Of a DNA stretch of 54,760 bases, positions 18,262-27,926 are shown in pieces. A program made the translations under genes and the position numbers. The notes beneath the pieces are model-generated. The model was not told the DNA's origin. It did no database searches and saw only the letters and a list, made by a program, of their open reading frames with translations. Source of the DNA: Candidatus Saccharimonadales bacterium (GTDB lineage: Bacteria > Patescibacteriota > Saccharimonadia > Saccharimonadales > SZUA-47); NCBI GenBank assembly GCA_041737385.1, contig JBGSRU010000002.1, positions 1 to 54,760 of the forward strand, read 5' to 3'. Position 1 is the first letter of the stretch. Every line of letters starts with the position of its first letter.

Positions 18262-18648
18262 ATGAGTAATCAGAAGACACAATCTATCCTCTGCATACTC
18301 GACGGCGCAACACCTCGAGCAGATGATTACGCGCTTTTTTATGCACAGAAAACATCTATTGAGCACGATATACCATTGGCAGCAGTAGTATGCGTGTCAA
18401 CTATTGACGACTTACAAAAGCTCATACCTCTTGAACTGTCACTTGCTCGAATAAACATACCGTTACTAACACTTATCGGTGAGCCAGAGCCTCGGATAGC
18501 AGCAACTGTGTATCATCTGAAGCCACTTAAAATATTCTACCAACTGAACCAACAGAGTAGTAGCACTTTGATAAAACATCCTATCCCGTGGCCAGGCTCC
18601 ATTGCGTCTGTTCAAGAACTCATCGACAGCAAAGGATTAGCCTGCTAG
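18262..18648 (+). CDS. Stand-alone, degenerate class II photolyase N-terminal domain protein
   Basis: RADDYALFYAQKTSIEHDIPLAAVVCV and LELSLARINIPLLTLIGEP align by eye with class II CPD photolyase R.EDNWAL...A....P..V.FC and LE..L....IP...L.G.P. No FAD-binding domain. Confidence 0.65.
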   Translation: MSNQKTQSILCILDGATPRADDYALFYAQKTSIEHDIPLAAVVCVSTIDDLQKLIPLELSLARINIPLLTLIGEPEPRIAATVYHLKPLKIFYQLNQQSSSTLIKHPIPWPGSIASVQELIDSKGLAC

Positions 18649-18696
18649 AACGCTGGTGTAATTGGTTCGACCGTTCGACCTGATACACTACTAGTA

Positions 18697-20130
18697 ATGA
18701 CGTTTTATTTTTACGATCTTGAAACATCTAGTGGCAGTGCTCGTGGTGGTCGTGTTATGCAGTTTGCAGGACAACGCACAAACGAAAATCTTGAGCCAGT
18801 CGGAGAGCCTGACAACATTCTGGTACGTCTAGCTGATGACATTATTCCTGAACCTGACGCTATTCTAGTGCACCGAATCGCCCCTCAAAAAGCAGCCTCA
18901 GAAGGCATAACTGAGGCAGAATTGGCCGCTTATTTTCAGGAACATATCGCTTTGCCGGATACGGTTTTTGTCGGCTATAACAACATTCGGTTTGATGATG
19001 AGTTCATGAGGCAGTTATGTTACCGTACGTTTTACGACCCTTATGAGTGGCATTGGCGCGAAGGTAGGAGCAGGTGGGATTTGCTCGATGCAATGAGGAT
19101 GATGCGAGCGCTGCGGCCTGAAGGTATTGTGTGGCCATTTCTGAAAGACAAGCCGACAGTAAAGTTAGAAGAAATGGCTAAGGCCAACGGGCTCACTCAC
19201 GAAAATGCTCACGATGCGCTTAGCGATGTGACGGCGTTAATTGAACTTGCGCAGAAATTTAAAACATCTCAACCAAAATTATTTGATTATTCTGTTGAAT
19301 CCCGAGGTAAAAAGTTCGTGGCAGCACTCGTAGAAGATGGAAAACCATTCGTCTATACATCAGGCAAATATGATAGTGCATTTCTTAAAACTACCGTTGT
19401 CTTGACCGTTTTTAAGCATCCTAGACGTGAATCAGCGGTAGTCTACGACTTGAGACATGATCCGTCTGAGTGGGTAGATAAAACGGCTGAACAGCTTGCT
19501 GAACATTGGGCCGTTCGCTATGGTGACGATAAAAAATCACTTCCACTTAAAACACTTCAATATAACCGCTGTCCTGCGGTAGCGCCATTCATCGTTCTAG
19601 ATGACGCAAGCAAAAAAACTATCGGCTACAACTCAGACTTCGAAAAACATCGAGAACTGCTAGAGTCTCACCCGGCTTTTATTAAGAAACTACAAGAAGC
19701 ACTTGATATATTAGAAAACGAGCAACAGACCAGACTTCCGATAGAGGAAGACGTCGATGCACAACTATATGATGGTTTTTGGGTTGATATGGATAAGGGT
19801 GAAATGAGCCTTATTAGACATGCTGATCCTGATGAGTTTCAAGAATTACAGAAAACAATTAAAAACAAACGCCTGAGAGAAATGATGCCGCTCTATAAAG
19901 CGCGTAATTATCCAGAAAAGCTATCGCCTGAAGAGCATGAAGCGTGGGAAGAGTATCGACGCAAAAAGTTCTTTTCTGGTGGGGCAAAAAGTGCAACAGC
20001 TAGAGTCGCGTCTCGGATGCAGCAGATTGCAACCACAAGAAAACTCTCAAAAGATGATGAATACTTGCTGTCTGAGCTGCAACTCTATATTGAGAGCATA
20101 CTTCCTGAGCCGAGCGATGACCAGTCGTAG
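18697..20130 (+). CDS. sbcB: Exodeoxyribonuclease I
   Basis: FYDLETS (DEDDh exo I), GYNNIRFDDEF, SRWDLLD, HDALSDV, YNRCPAVAP, PLYKARNYP motifs. Confidence 0.95.
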   Translation: MTFYFYDLETSSGSARGGRVMQFAGQRTNENLEPVGEPDNILVRLADDIIPEPDAILVHRIAPQKAASEGITEAELAAYFQEHIALPDTVFVGYNNIRFDDEFMRQLCYRTFYDPYEWHWREGRSRWDLLDAMRMMRALRPEGIVWPFLKDKPTVKLEEMAKANGLTHENAHDALSDVTALIELAQKFKTSQPKLFDYSVESRGKKFVAALVEDGKPFVYTSGKYDSAFLKTTVVLTVFKHPRRESAVVYDLRHDPSEWVDKTAEQLAEHWAVRYGDDKKSLPLKTLQYNRCPAVAPFIVLDDASKKTIGYNSDFEKHRELLESHPAFIKKLQEALDILENEQQTRLPIEEDVDAQLYDGFWVDMDKGEMSLIRHADPDEFQELQKTIKNKRLREMMPLYKARNYPEKLSPEEHEAWEEYRRKKFFSGGAKSATARVASRMQQIATTRKLSKDDEYLLSELQLYIESILPEPSDDQS

Positions 20131-20325
20131 CTACAAAGAAATTTCTTTTAGTCGCTCCATATAAGCAACTATATCTTCAATTTCTTGTTTTATCGTTTTG
20201 TATCTTTTGAAGACTACTAACAAAAAAACCGTACCAAAAAATACCACCGAAAAGGTTGCGATCAGATCAAAAGTAATTTGAAGTTCAGTCCCCGGTACAT
20301 AACCAGAGATAATAAATTGCCACAT
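20131..20325 (-). CDS. Small single-pass membrane protein
   Basis: 64 aa, GAGGTG SD, FIISGYVPGT motif then a TM helix; paralog at 22793..22981. Confidence 0.65.
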   Translation of the reverse strand: MWQFIISGYVPGTELQITFDLIATFSVVFFGTVFLLVVFKRYKTIKQEIEDIVAYMERLKEISL

Positions 20326-20382
20326 TCTAGTGCCACCTCGCTTATTGAGATGAACTATATCATGAATTAGCTAAAAAAACAA

Positions 20383-20654
20383 CTATCTTTTTCCGGTACG
20401 TCGAAGCTGGTTGTCTAACCATGTTATACGATCACGGTTCAACATGAACAAAGTACTCGTACTGGCCATAATGCCATAGCTAAAGCCTTTAAATAGCCAA
20501 TATTCAGCATAAATATTCAATATCGTACCGCCAACTATTAAGGCAACAGCGACAATATCCCATGACCATTTCACCCAAGTTTTATTTGGGAAAATAATAT
20601 TACGCAACGACTCACTATTTTTTTTGACGTAATCCACTGCGTCATCTGCCAGTT
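20383..20654 (-). pseudogene. 5'-truncated copy of the PGPG-motif membrane protein
   Basis: 44 of 84 aa identical (manual count) to the C-terminal part of 23145..23588. Homology stops at about 20651 and the PGPGG N-terminal half is absent. Confidence 0.7.
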
Positions 20655-20765
20655 GTAGGGGTACACGATAGACCGTGGATGGAGCGTGAAATCTTTGGTG
20701 TAGCGCGCTACATGAACTACGCCGGACTAAACCGTAAATTTGAAATCGAAAAATATGTGCATTAA
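20652..20765 (+). pseudogene. phr: C-terminal fragment of a class II CPD photolyase
   Basis: Manual translation [37 protein letters not shown] matches the class II photolyase terminal motif G.HDR.W.ER..FGKIRYM...G..RKFDV..Y. Upstream frame is closed by TGA at 20625-27. Confidence 0.85.
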
Positions 20766-20776
20766 TTCGTGCTTAA

Positions 20777-21226
20777 TCAGCACCAACGTAATAAACCTCT
20801 ATCTACTGTCCTCACAGTAGCCCCATTAACATCTACGTATACACCTCCCCAAGGTGTCTTTCGAGGCGAGTATATCCTAGAGGAACCATTGTAGATAGTT
20901 GTTGGGGATCCGTTATGGATGACTGTGACTGATCTACCTGATAGGTTTCTGACATGCCCACTTACTCCAGTGGTTCCAGATTTACAAGCATATATATTAA
21001 CGCCATTTTTGGAATAAACACCAGTCCAGCTGTACGCTTCTGCTTCAAGATTTTTGTTAGAGAGGTAAGTATAGCCACCAAAGCCGACACTCGCAAAGAG
21101 TAGCAGAGCTAATGCACCACTATAAGTTAGCTTCTTCCAGTTCTTTTTAAAATCTATATTTTTTAGATTGAGTTTCTTTTTCTTGTTATTCTTGATTGTT
21201 TTCTTTAAGCTTTTTTGCTTCGCCAT
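20777..21226 (-). CDS. Secreted protein with a Lys-rich N-region, TM helix and A-x-A cleavage site
   Basis: MAKQKSLKKTIKNNKKKK..., hydrophobic helix, NLEAEA-YSW, small beta-rich mature domain with two Cys; AT-rich. Confidence 0.75.
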   Translation of the reverse strand: MAKQKSLKKTIKNNKKKKLNLKNIDFKKNWKKLTYSGALALLLFASVGFGGYTYLSNKNLEAEAYSWTGVYSKNGVNIYACKSGTTGVSGHVRNLSGRSVTVIHNGSPTTIYNGSSRIYSPRKTPWGGVYVDVNGATVRTVDRGLLRWC

Positions 21227-21305
21227 ATTATGGTTACCCTATTGTTAATACCTCAATAAAAACACAATCTGTTATTAAACACAACTATTATGATAGAATT
21301 TTGTT

Positions 21306-22787
21306 GTGAACTTGTTAAAAACAAAAATTTCTGCATTATTATTACTTAGTTTATTGATGGCTGGAGTGTTGCTACCCACACCAAGAATTAACGCCCAAGA
21401 ACAACCTCTGTTACCAACTAGCTGTCTTGGTGCTAATGCTGTACAAACTTCAATAAATGCCGAAAAAGGTAGCTATAGAGTTTCTGCAGATTATATAGAT
21501 TCAGAAAGTTCAAAATATACTGGAATTATTGGTTATGTAGGCAATGATGGTTCATGTAAAAAATACGAAATTATAAATGGTGCTGGGCAGATAGAATTCG
21601 CCCAAGACGGACTCCTGTTTCTGGAGTTGTCAGTACCCGATCCGTCAACTGTAGGTAATATCCAAATACTACTCAGTAGTGCGAGTTTGAATAATTATAC
21701 ATGTGACACAATAAATTTCTGCCAAGTTACTTATAAGGATAAGAACGTAAAGCTTCTACCGAGTAAACTCACTTCTATATTCGACTCTGTAAATATTATT
21801 CAATATTCTGATTTCGTAAATAATGAAATACAATCTGTTAATTATGCGGTAGACGCGAACATAGCATATAAAAGCTCAGCATTCGAGTCCTTTAATATGA
21901 ATTATGTTTCATCGGGTGAACATACACTGCAAACACAAATAACTTTTGATAACGGCGTCGTAGTTCTATACGAAGAACAAGTAGAAAATGGCACGATAAC
22001 AGATATATATCTGAATGCTAGAAGCTGGATATTTATCAATTCGTATATTCTGAGATATTTAGGTATTTTTATAGCTATGTTTGGGCTTGCTGTATCAATT
22101 AGTTGGTTGGTTAGCAAAATTAGAGCAAGAATTTTGTGGAGTTCGACTCACGATGCTACTTCACGCTGGTCAAAAAACACTCTAAAAACAGGGAAAATCC
22201 TTAAAGGTGATAGTGAGGGCAAGTATTTTGTCTGGTATTTTATTAAGAAACCGCTATTTCTAATTACTATATTATTTTTCGGTTATATTTTTGTAAGTAA
22301 TTATATAGTCACACTCATTAAAACCGATGGTATTAGCATGGAGGATACGCTACAGGATAATCAGCAACTTGCAGTAAATAGAATGGGCAGCACTCTAGCT
22401 GATATTAATAAAAACAACTACATACCGAACAGAGGTGATATAGCTATAGTAAAAAAACCACATGATACCACTGGAGGAGGACTGATTGTTGACGAATCTT
22501 TAGTTGTGAAACGAGTATTTGGAATACCCGGCGACAAGGTAAAAATGTCATACGGAGTAGTTACTGTAGAGTATATAGAAAATGAACGTACAGAAATACT
22601 TATCGAAACCGAAGAAGATTGGTACGCTAATGTGCTAAAGGGTGAAGCGTATATAGATTTTGAAATAACTTTAGGTGTAGGAGAATTGTTTATAGTTGGA
22701 GATAATAGGGATAACTCAGTAGATTCAAGATTTTACGGACCAGTCAAAGCGGATCAATTAATTGGTGAAGTGATTATGGGCCTATAA
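21306..22787 (+). CDS. Signal peptidase I (S26) fused to an N-terminal extracellular Ig-like region
   Basis: C-terminal GISMEDTL (Ser), RGDI, VVKRV.G.PGD (Lys), GDNRDNSVDSRFYG. Preceded by a signal peptide, a ~210-aa ectodomain and two TM helices. Confidence 0.85.
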   Translation: MNLLKTKISALLLLSLLMAGVLLPTPRINAQEQPLLPTSCLGANAVQTSINAEKGSYRVSADYIDSESSKYTGIIGYVGNDGSCKKYEIINGAGQIEFAQDGLLFLELSVPDPSTVGNIQILLSSASLNNYTCDTINFCQVTYKDKNVKLLPSKLTSIFDSVNIIQYSDFVNNEIQSVNYAVDANIAYKSSAFESFNMNYVSSGEHTLQTQITFDNGVVVLYEEQVENGTITDIYLNARSWIFINSYILRYLGIFIAMFGLAVSISWLVSKIRARILWSSTHDATSRWSKNTLKTGKILKGDSEGKYFVWYFIKKPLFLITILFFGYIFVSNYIVTLIKTDGISMEDTLQDNQQLAVNRMGSTLADINKNNYIPNRGDIAIVKKPHDTTGGGLIVDESLVVKRVFGIPGDKVKMSYGVVTVEYIENERTEILIETEEDWYANVLKGEAYIDFEITLGVGELFIVGDNRDNSVDSRFYGPVKADQLIGEVIMGL

Positions 22788-22792
22788 CTCAG

Positions 22793-22981
22793 CTACGCTG
22801 TGTAATTATATTGTTTTTTATAATATATTGTCTGTAATAAGCAATTTAAGTAAGTGCCATTTTTTAAGAATAGCGATAGAACGTATGTACAATAGATGTC
22901 TGCAAATAGTAAGACTAATTCATAAAATCCTACCAGCCTATCGGTGCCCAGTATATATCCTGAAATCATGAATTCTAGCAT
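22793..22981 (-). CDS. Small membrane protein, paralog of 20131..20325, possibly degenerating
   Basis: FMISGYILGT N-terminal motif shared with 20131..20325. Confidence 0.5.
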   Translation of the reverse strand: MLEFMISGYILGTDRLVGFYELVLLFADIYCTYVLSLFLKNGTYLNCLLQTIYYKKQYNYTA

Positions 22982-23144
22982 CTAATCCTCGTAATTCATC
23001 ATTAAAAAATAAAAAAGGGTTAAGCATATTTCTTGTAGAAAATAAGCCTAAACCCTCAGTTTGATGCCAACTCAAAAGCAAACTGCTTTCAAGGATCCCT
23101 CATCTATGAGTACTCCTACAGCACTATATTATATAAAAGAAAGT

Positions 23145-23588
23145 TTATTTTTTGCCAAATTTTCTCATTTGAGCGTCAAGCCAATCAAGCCTACCTCGAT
23201 TTAGCATGAACACGGTCGATGAGCCAGCCATGACTCCGTAGCTAAGACCTTTTAGTACCCACCATTCTGCAGTAAGGTTTAACCAAAGGCCAATCACAAA
23301 TAATAGGATTGCAAAAATGTCCCAGGCCCACTGTATAAGTGGTTTGTCGGGGAAGAAATAGCCTAGTAAGTTCTCTGAATGTTTCTTTACAAAATGAATC
23401 GCATCGTCTGCCCAGTCATGATTAACAGCAAGCAAACCAAACCCAGCAAGTATCAACGGGATACCTCCTGGTCCTGGAAGCGGGCCTAGAAACGGCACTA
23501 ATATTAAGCAACCTATTCCAGCCAAATCGGTTGCTATCACTTTCCATAGTGGGTTTTTGCGTGTGCCATCTACATTTTTTTTTGCCAT
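23145..23588 (-). CDS. PGPG(W/G)-motif membrane protein
   Basis: LGPLPGPGGIPLILAGFGLLA...WA motif and several TM helices. Start placed at ATG 23588, 7 nt after TATACT. Confidence 0.8.
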   Translation of the reverse strand: MAKKNVDGTRKNPLWKVIATDLAGIGCLILVPFLGPLPGPGGIPLILAGFGLLAVNHDWADDAIHFVKKHSENLLGYFFPDKPLIQWAWDIFAILLFVIGLWLNLTAEWWVLKGLSYGVMAGSSTVFMLNRGRLDWLDAQMRKFGKK

Positions 23589-23799
23589 ATACAATAGTAT
23601 ACTCTAAACAATTAGCATCAAAACAAAAGTGAGATTAGTTAATATGCACCCGCAATTGAATCAATATTCCTTTAAGATGGCGAAGTAGAATTATTTGTTC
23701 CGAATGTGACAACTAATCCAGAAGAAGAGCTCATGTTCGAAAGACCATGCATGTAGGACCTTGTAGGCAAGAAAATATTCAAGTAGTGCCAGCTTTGAA

Positions 23800-23823
23800 T
23801 GACTTGTCACGATAGTCTATAAT
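23800..23823 (+). promoter_or_regulatory. uvrA promoter: TGACTTGTCA element plus TATAAT
   Basis: TGAC-TT-GTCA palindrome at 23800-09, TATAAT at 23818-23, ATG at 23832. The same 9-mer occurs before uvrC. Confidence 0.6.
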
Positions 23824-23831
23824 TAAGACTT

Positions 23832-26642
23832 ATGTCAGAGGTAATAAAAGTTCAAGGTGCCAGAGAGCACAACTTGAAAAATATAAACTTAGAAATTCCA
23901 CGTAACTCTCTAGTGGTAATTACTGGACTGAGCGGTTCGGGCAAGTCTTCGCTTGCCTTTGATACGATTTACGCTGAAGGCCAACGCCGTTATGTCGAGA
24001 GTTTGAGTGCTTATGCAAGACAGTTCCTCGGTCTTATGGAGAAACCTGATGTTGATCAGATAGACGGTCTGAGTCCTGCAATATCGATTGATCAAAAATC
24101 AACTAGTCGTAACCCACGCTCAACAGTCGCTACAGTAACGGAAATCTATGATTACCTGCGTTTGATGTATGCGCGCATAGGCACGGCGCATGGCCCTGAC
24201 GGTCAGCCAATTCAAACCATGACGACGCAAGATATTGCTGATGGAGTCGCTAATCTAGAAAAAGGTCATCGTCTGCTATTGCTTGCACCAGTGGTGATTG
24301 ACAAAAAAGGCGAGCATGCGCATATTCCGGAGCTGTATACTCGACAAGGCTACGCGAGAGCTCGCGTTGATGGCGTCATCTACGCGCTTGAAGAGTTTCC
24401 GTCGCTTGATAAAAAATACAAACATACCATTGAAGTTGTTGTTGACCGAGTGGTTAATAATGAGGATCAAGCTGGTCGAATATTTCAGGCTGTTGAGAAT
24501 TCATTACAGCTAGCTGATGGACAGTTGGTTGTTGTTGATGCTGACGATGAAGATAAAGCTCATAAATTCAGCCAGCGGTACTATAACCCAGAGTACCCAG
24601 ATTTTCAGGCGCCAGATATGGAACCGCGAACATTTAGTTTCAACAGTCCACACGGCGCTTGTCAGGTGTGTACAGGACTAGGGAATAGACTTGAGGTTGA
24701 TCCTGAGCTTGTCGTACCGAATGGTAATTTGACCATTGCTGAGGGTGCAATTCGGCCGTATAACCGTATGGCGCCGGATGCTTGGAATATGAAAAAGATG
24801 ATTGCAGTCGCTGAGCGCTATAATTTCTCGGCACAAGTTCCAACAGCGGAGCTGACTGAGAGCCAAATGGAAAAAATCATGTATGGCACCGGAAACGAAA
24901 AATACGCAATAGCGCTTGGCTCTGGTAGGTTTTTTGATACAACCTACGAGGGGGTTATCCCAAACCTCGAACGGCGACATAAAGAAACCGATAGTGATTT
25001 CATGAGACGTGAGATTGAGCGATTCATGGTAGAAAAACCATGTCACGCATGTGGCGGTCAGCGTTTGAAGCCGGAAGTCCTCGCGGTGACTGTTGCTGGG
25101 CAATCAATCATGGATATCAGTAACCTTGCAGTTGAAGATGCAGTGAAGTTTTTCAAAAACATCAAATTTAGCGACCGCGAACTAACAATTGCGAAGCAAG
25201 TCATAAAAGAAATTAATGATCGTCTGACATTTTTAAATGAAGTAGGGCTTGGCTACCTTACATTAGCTCGTAGTGCGAAGACTCTTAGCGGTGGTGAAGC
25301 GCAAAGAATCCGTTTAGCCACCCAGATTGGTTCTGGCTTGCAAGGCGTACTGTATGTACTCGACGAACCTTCAATCGGTCTTCATCAACGTGATAACGAT
25401 CGATTAATCAAAACATTAAAACGCCTTAAAGAGCTTGGTAATACCGTGATTGTTGTTGAGCACGATGAAGACACTATTCGCACGGCTGATTATCTCGTAG
25501 ACATTGGTCCTGGTGCTGGTGTGCACGGTGGAGAAGTTGTCGCTGAAGGTACACCAGAAGAAGTTGCGAAGAGTAAACGGAGCATAACAGGCAAGTATTT
25601 GCGTGGTGAATTGAAGATAGATGTTCCTAAAAAACGGCGTAAAGGCAACGGTAAATCTCTTAAAATTGTTAATGCCCGAGAGAATAATCTTAAAGAAGTT
25701 ACTGTTGAAGTACCGCTTGGCAAGATGGTGGTAGTCAGTGGTGTAAGCGGTTCTGGTAAAAGCACTCTCATCAATGACATTTTGGCGAAAGAGCTGCATA
25801 TCCGTCTCAACAGAGCGCACGAAGCAGTTGGCCGGCATGATGATATAGAAGGTATTGATAATCTTGATAAAGTTATAATTATTGACCAGTCACCAATTGG
25901 CCGTACCCCGCGGTCTAATCCTGCTACCTATGTTGGCTTATTTACGCCTATTCGTGATTTATTTGCGAGCACTCCTGAAGCGAAAATCCGTGGCTATAAG
26001 GCAGGGCGATTTAGCTTCAACGTAAAAGGTGGTCGCTGTGAAAATTGTCAGGGCGATGGCATGATTAAGATTGAAATGCACTTCCTGCCGGATGTATATG
26101 TGCAGTGTGAAGTTTGTAACGGCAAAAGATACAACCGTGAAGCCCTAGAGATACACTATAAAGGCAAGACGATAGCAGATATTCTAGAAATGACCGTTGA
26201 ACAAGGATTCGAGTTTTTCCAAAATATCCCATCAATTGCACGGAAGCTTGAAACACTCGTCCAAGTAGGACTTGGCTATATGCGGCTTGGGCAGTCGGCG
26301 ACAACACTATCAGGTGGAGAAGCTCAACGTGTTAAGCTAGCGACTGAACTATCGAAGCGATCGACCGGTCGAACGCTTTACGTATTAGACGAACCAACTA
26401 CCGGGCTGCACATGGACGATGTCAAACGACTCATGGAAGTACTGCATGCTTTAGTTGACACTGGTAATAGTATGGTGATTATTGAGCATAACCTCGACGT
26501 TATTAAGTCGGCAGATCACATTATAGACATGGGACCTGAAGGTGGCGCTAATGGTGGTCAGGTAGTTGCAGAAGGTACTCCAGAACAGGTTGCAAAAAGC
26601 ACCAAATCCTACACCGGCTCATTTTTGAAAAACATTCTGTAG
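23832..26642 (+). CDS. uvrA: Excinuclease ABC subunit A
   Basis: Two ABC ATPase modules ([18 protein letters not shown]; [18 protein letters not shown]), Zn fingers. Confidence 0.99.
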   Translation: MSEVIKVQGAREHNLKNINLEIPRNSLVVITGLSGSGKSSLAFDTIYAEGQRRYVESLSAYARQFLGLMEKPDVDQIDGLSPAISIDQKSTSRNPRSTVATVTEIYDYLRLMYARIGTAHGPDGQPIQTMTTQDIADGVANLEKGHRLLLLAPVVIDKKGEHAHIPELYTRQGYARARVDGVIYALEEFPSLDKKYKHTIEVVVDRVVNNEDQAGRIFQAVENSLQLADGQLVVVDADDEDKAHKFSQRYYNPEYPDFQAPDMEPRTFSFNSPHGACQVCTGLGNRLEVDPELVVPNGNLTIAEGAIRPYNRMAPDAWNMKKMIAVAERYNFSAQVPTAELTESQMEKIMYGTGNEKYAIALGSGRFFDTTYEGVIPNLERRHKETDSDFMRREIERFMVEKPCHACGGQRLKPEVLAVTVAGQSIMDISNLAVEDAVKFFKNIKFSDRELTIAKQVIKEINDRLTFLNEVGLGYLTLARSAKTLSGGEAQRIRLATQIGSGLQGVLYVLDEPSIGLHQRDNDRLIKTLKRLKELGNTVIVVEHDEDTIRTADYLVDIGPGAGVHGGEVVAEGTPEEVAKSKRSITGKYLRGELKIDVPKKRRKGNGKSLKIVNARENNLKEVTVEVPLGKMVVVSGVSGSGKSTLINDILAKELHIRLNRAHEAVGRHDDIEGIDNLDKVIIIDQSPIGRTPRSNPATYVGLFTPIRDLFASTPEAKIRGYKAGRFSFNVKGGRCENCQGDGMIKIEMHFLPDVYVQCEVCNGKRYNREALEIHYKGKTIADILEMTVEQGFEFFQNIPSIARKLETLVQVGLGYMRLGQSATTLSGGEAQRVKLATELSKRSTGRTLYVLDEPTTGLHMDDVKRLMEVLHALVDTGNSMVIIEHNLDVIKSADHIIDMGPEGGANGGQVVAEGTPEQVAKSTKSYTGSFLKNIL

Positions 26643-26689
26643 CTCAATCTGGTATAATAGGTGAAACTAGAGAATAATTAAGGATTTTT

Positions 26690-27349
26690 ATGAGTTCAGA
26701 TACTTTTGCGCTAGAAGCAGAAAAACGTCAAATAACAGGTAAAAAAGTGCAGTCTATTCGAGATGATGGCTTCATCCCTGCAGTTGTCTATGAAAAAGGG
26801 AAAGAGTCTATCAACGTGCGCGTTCCGTATATGCCACTACTTAAAGCCTACCAAGCAGTCGGAATGGCACAGCCAATTGAGCTGTCTGTTGAGAAGAAAA
26901 AATATCTTACGATGATTAAAGACGTGCATATGGATCCAGTCAAGCACATCATTATGCACGTTGCGTTTCATGCAGTGAATGCGAATGACCCAGTTGAAGC
27001 TGAGATCCCAGTTCACATCGAAGGCGATGTACCTGCTGAACAACAAGGTAACTTTATCGTTCGACCGAATGATCACGTTACTGCTAAAGCACTTCCAACT
27101 GACTTGCCAGAATTCTTCACCGTAAGCGCTGAAACTTTGATCGAACCGGGTGATAGCATCACTGTTGCTGATATTAAAGCTATTCCAAAAGTCGAGATTC
27201 TATCAGAAGAAACACTTACACTAGCAATAGTCGAAGAGCCAAAAGTAGTCGAAGACGAACCAGAAGAAGCCGAAGCAGTTGACGTCGCTAATATCCCGAG
27301 TGCACATGGCGGTGACGAAGCAACTAGCGAAGAAGCTAAAACAGAATAA
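26690..27349 (+). CDS. rplY: 50S ribosomal protein L25/Ctc form
   Basis: R..G.IPAVVY, MIKDVH.DP....I.HV.F, LP.DLPE motifs, acidic tail. Confidence 0.93.
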   Translation: MSSDTFALEAEKRQITGKKVQSIRDDGFIPAVVYEKGKESINVRVPYMPLLKAYQAVGMAQPIELSVEKKKYLTMIKDVHMDPVKHIIMHVAFHAVNANDPVEAEIPVHIEGDVPAEQQGNFIVRPNDHVTAKALPTDLPEFFTVSAETLIEPGDSITVADIKAIPKVEILSEETLTLAIVEEPKVVEDEPEEAEAVDVANIPSAHGGDEATSEEAKTE

Positions 27350-27350
27350 A

Positions 27351-27380
27351 TTGACTAATATCGTATAAATATGATATAAT
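27351..27380 (+). promoter_or_regulatory. Sigma70 promoter, leaderless-type
   Basis: TTGACT-18-TATAAT with extended TG; ATG 27389 eight nt downstream. Confidence 0.7.
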
Positions 27381-27388
27381 ATATTGTT

Positions 27389-27919
27389 ATGGCTAGTTTT
27401 TCTGCAGAGTTACTCTATGCGTTACGAGACGATGACTTCATCACAGATTTTTATGCTAATACATTAGGTGCTAATGTTATACCTGATTCAGAAGAAGAAG
27501 GATTTCGTTATGTCCAATTTGGAGAGTCATGTCTTCATTTTTTTGGTAGGGATCCAGAATATAATCACCACCACTTCGGTGATCTAGACGAAGGCCTGCT
27601 CGGAAGAGGGGTAGAGCTGTCAATTAACCTAGCAGCTGACTTCCCGCTCGAAACCTACGCAGCTGCGTTGATTAGAACACTGCCAGCTAGAAAAATTACT
27701 CGACCCGTACAAGAACATGCTGGCGGAAAAGATTTTCGAATAATTGATCCAAATGGCTATTATTTACGTTTTGCAAAGCAAATCTCTTTTGAGTGTAGTG
27801 ACCATGAAGCAGCAGCAATCGGTGTTAGCGAGAGTTGGAATCCTTTCCCTGTAATGCAGTCGAACAATATGAAAGAATTATTTTGGCTACCAAGGACGTT
27901 GACTCATCCTGAGAATTGA
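27389..27919 (+). CDS. VOC (glyoxalase/bleomycin-resistance) family protein
   Basis: FY...LG, GVELSI, G.KDFRIIDPNGYYLRF beta-alpha-beta-beta-beta motifs. Confidence 0.75.
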   Translation: MASFSAELLYALRDDDFITDFYANTLGANVIPDSEEEGFRYVQFGESCLHFFGRDPEYNHHHFGDLDEGLLGRGVELSINLAADFPLETYAAALIRTLPARKITRPVQEHAGGKDFRIIDPNGYYLRFAKQISFECSDHEAAAIGVSESWNPFPVMQSNNMKELFWLPRTLTHPEN

Positions 27920-27926
27920 ATAGCCG

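Noticed and set aside
23600-23790. Possible gene remnant upstream of uvrA (ELFVPNVTTNPEEELMFERPCM)
   Set aside because: Short, stop-bounded and without recognisable similarity.
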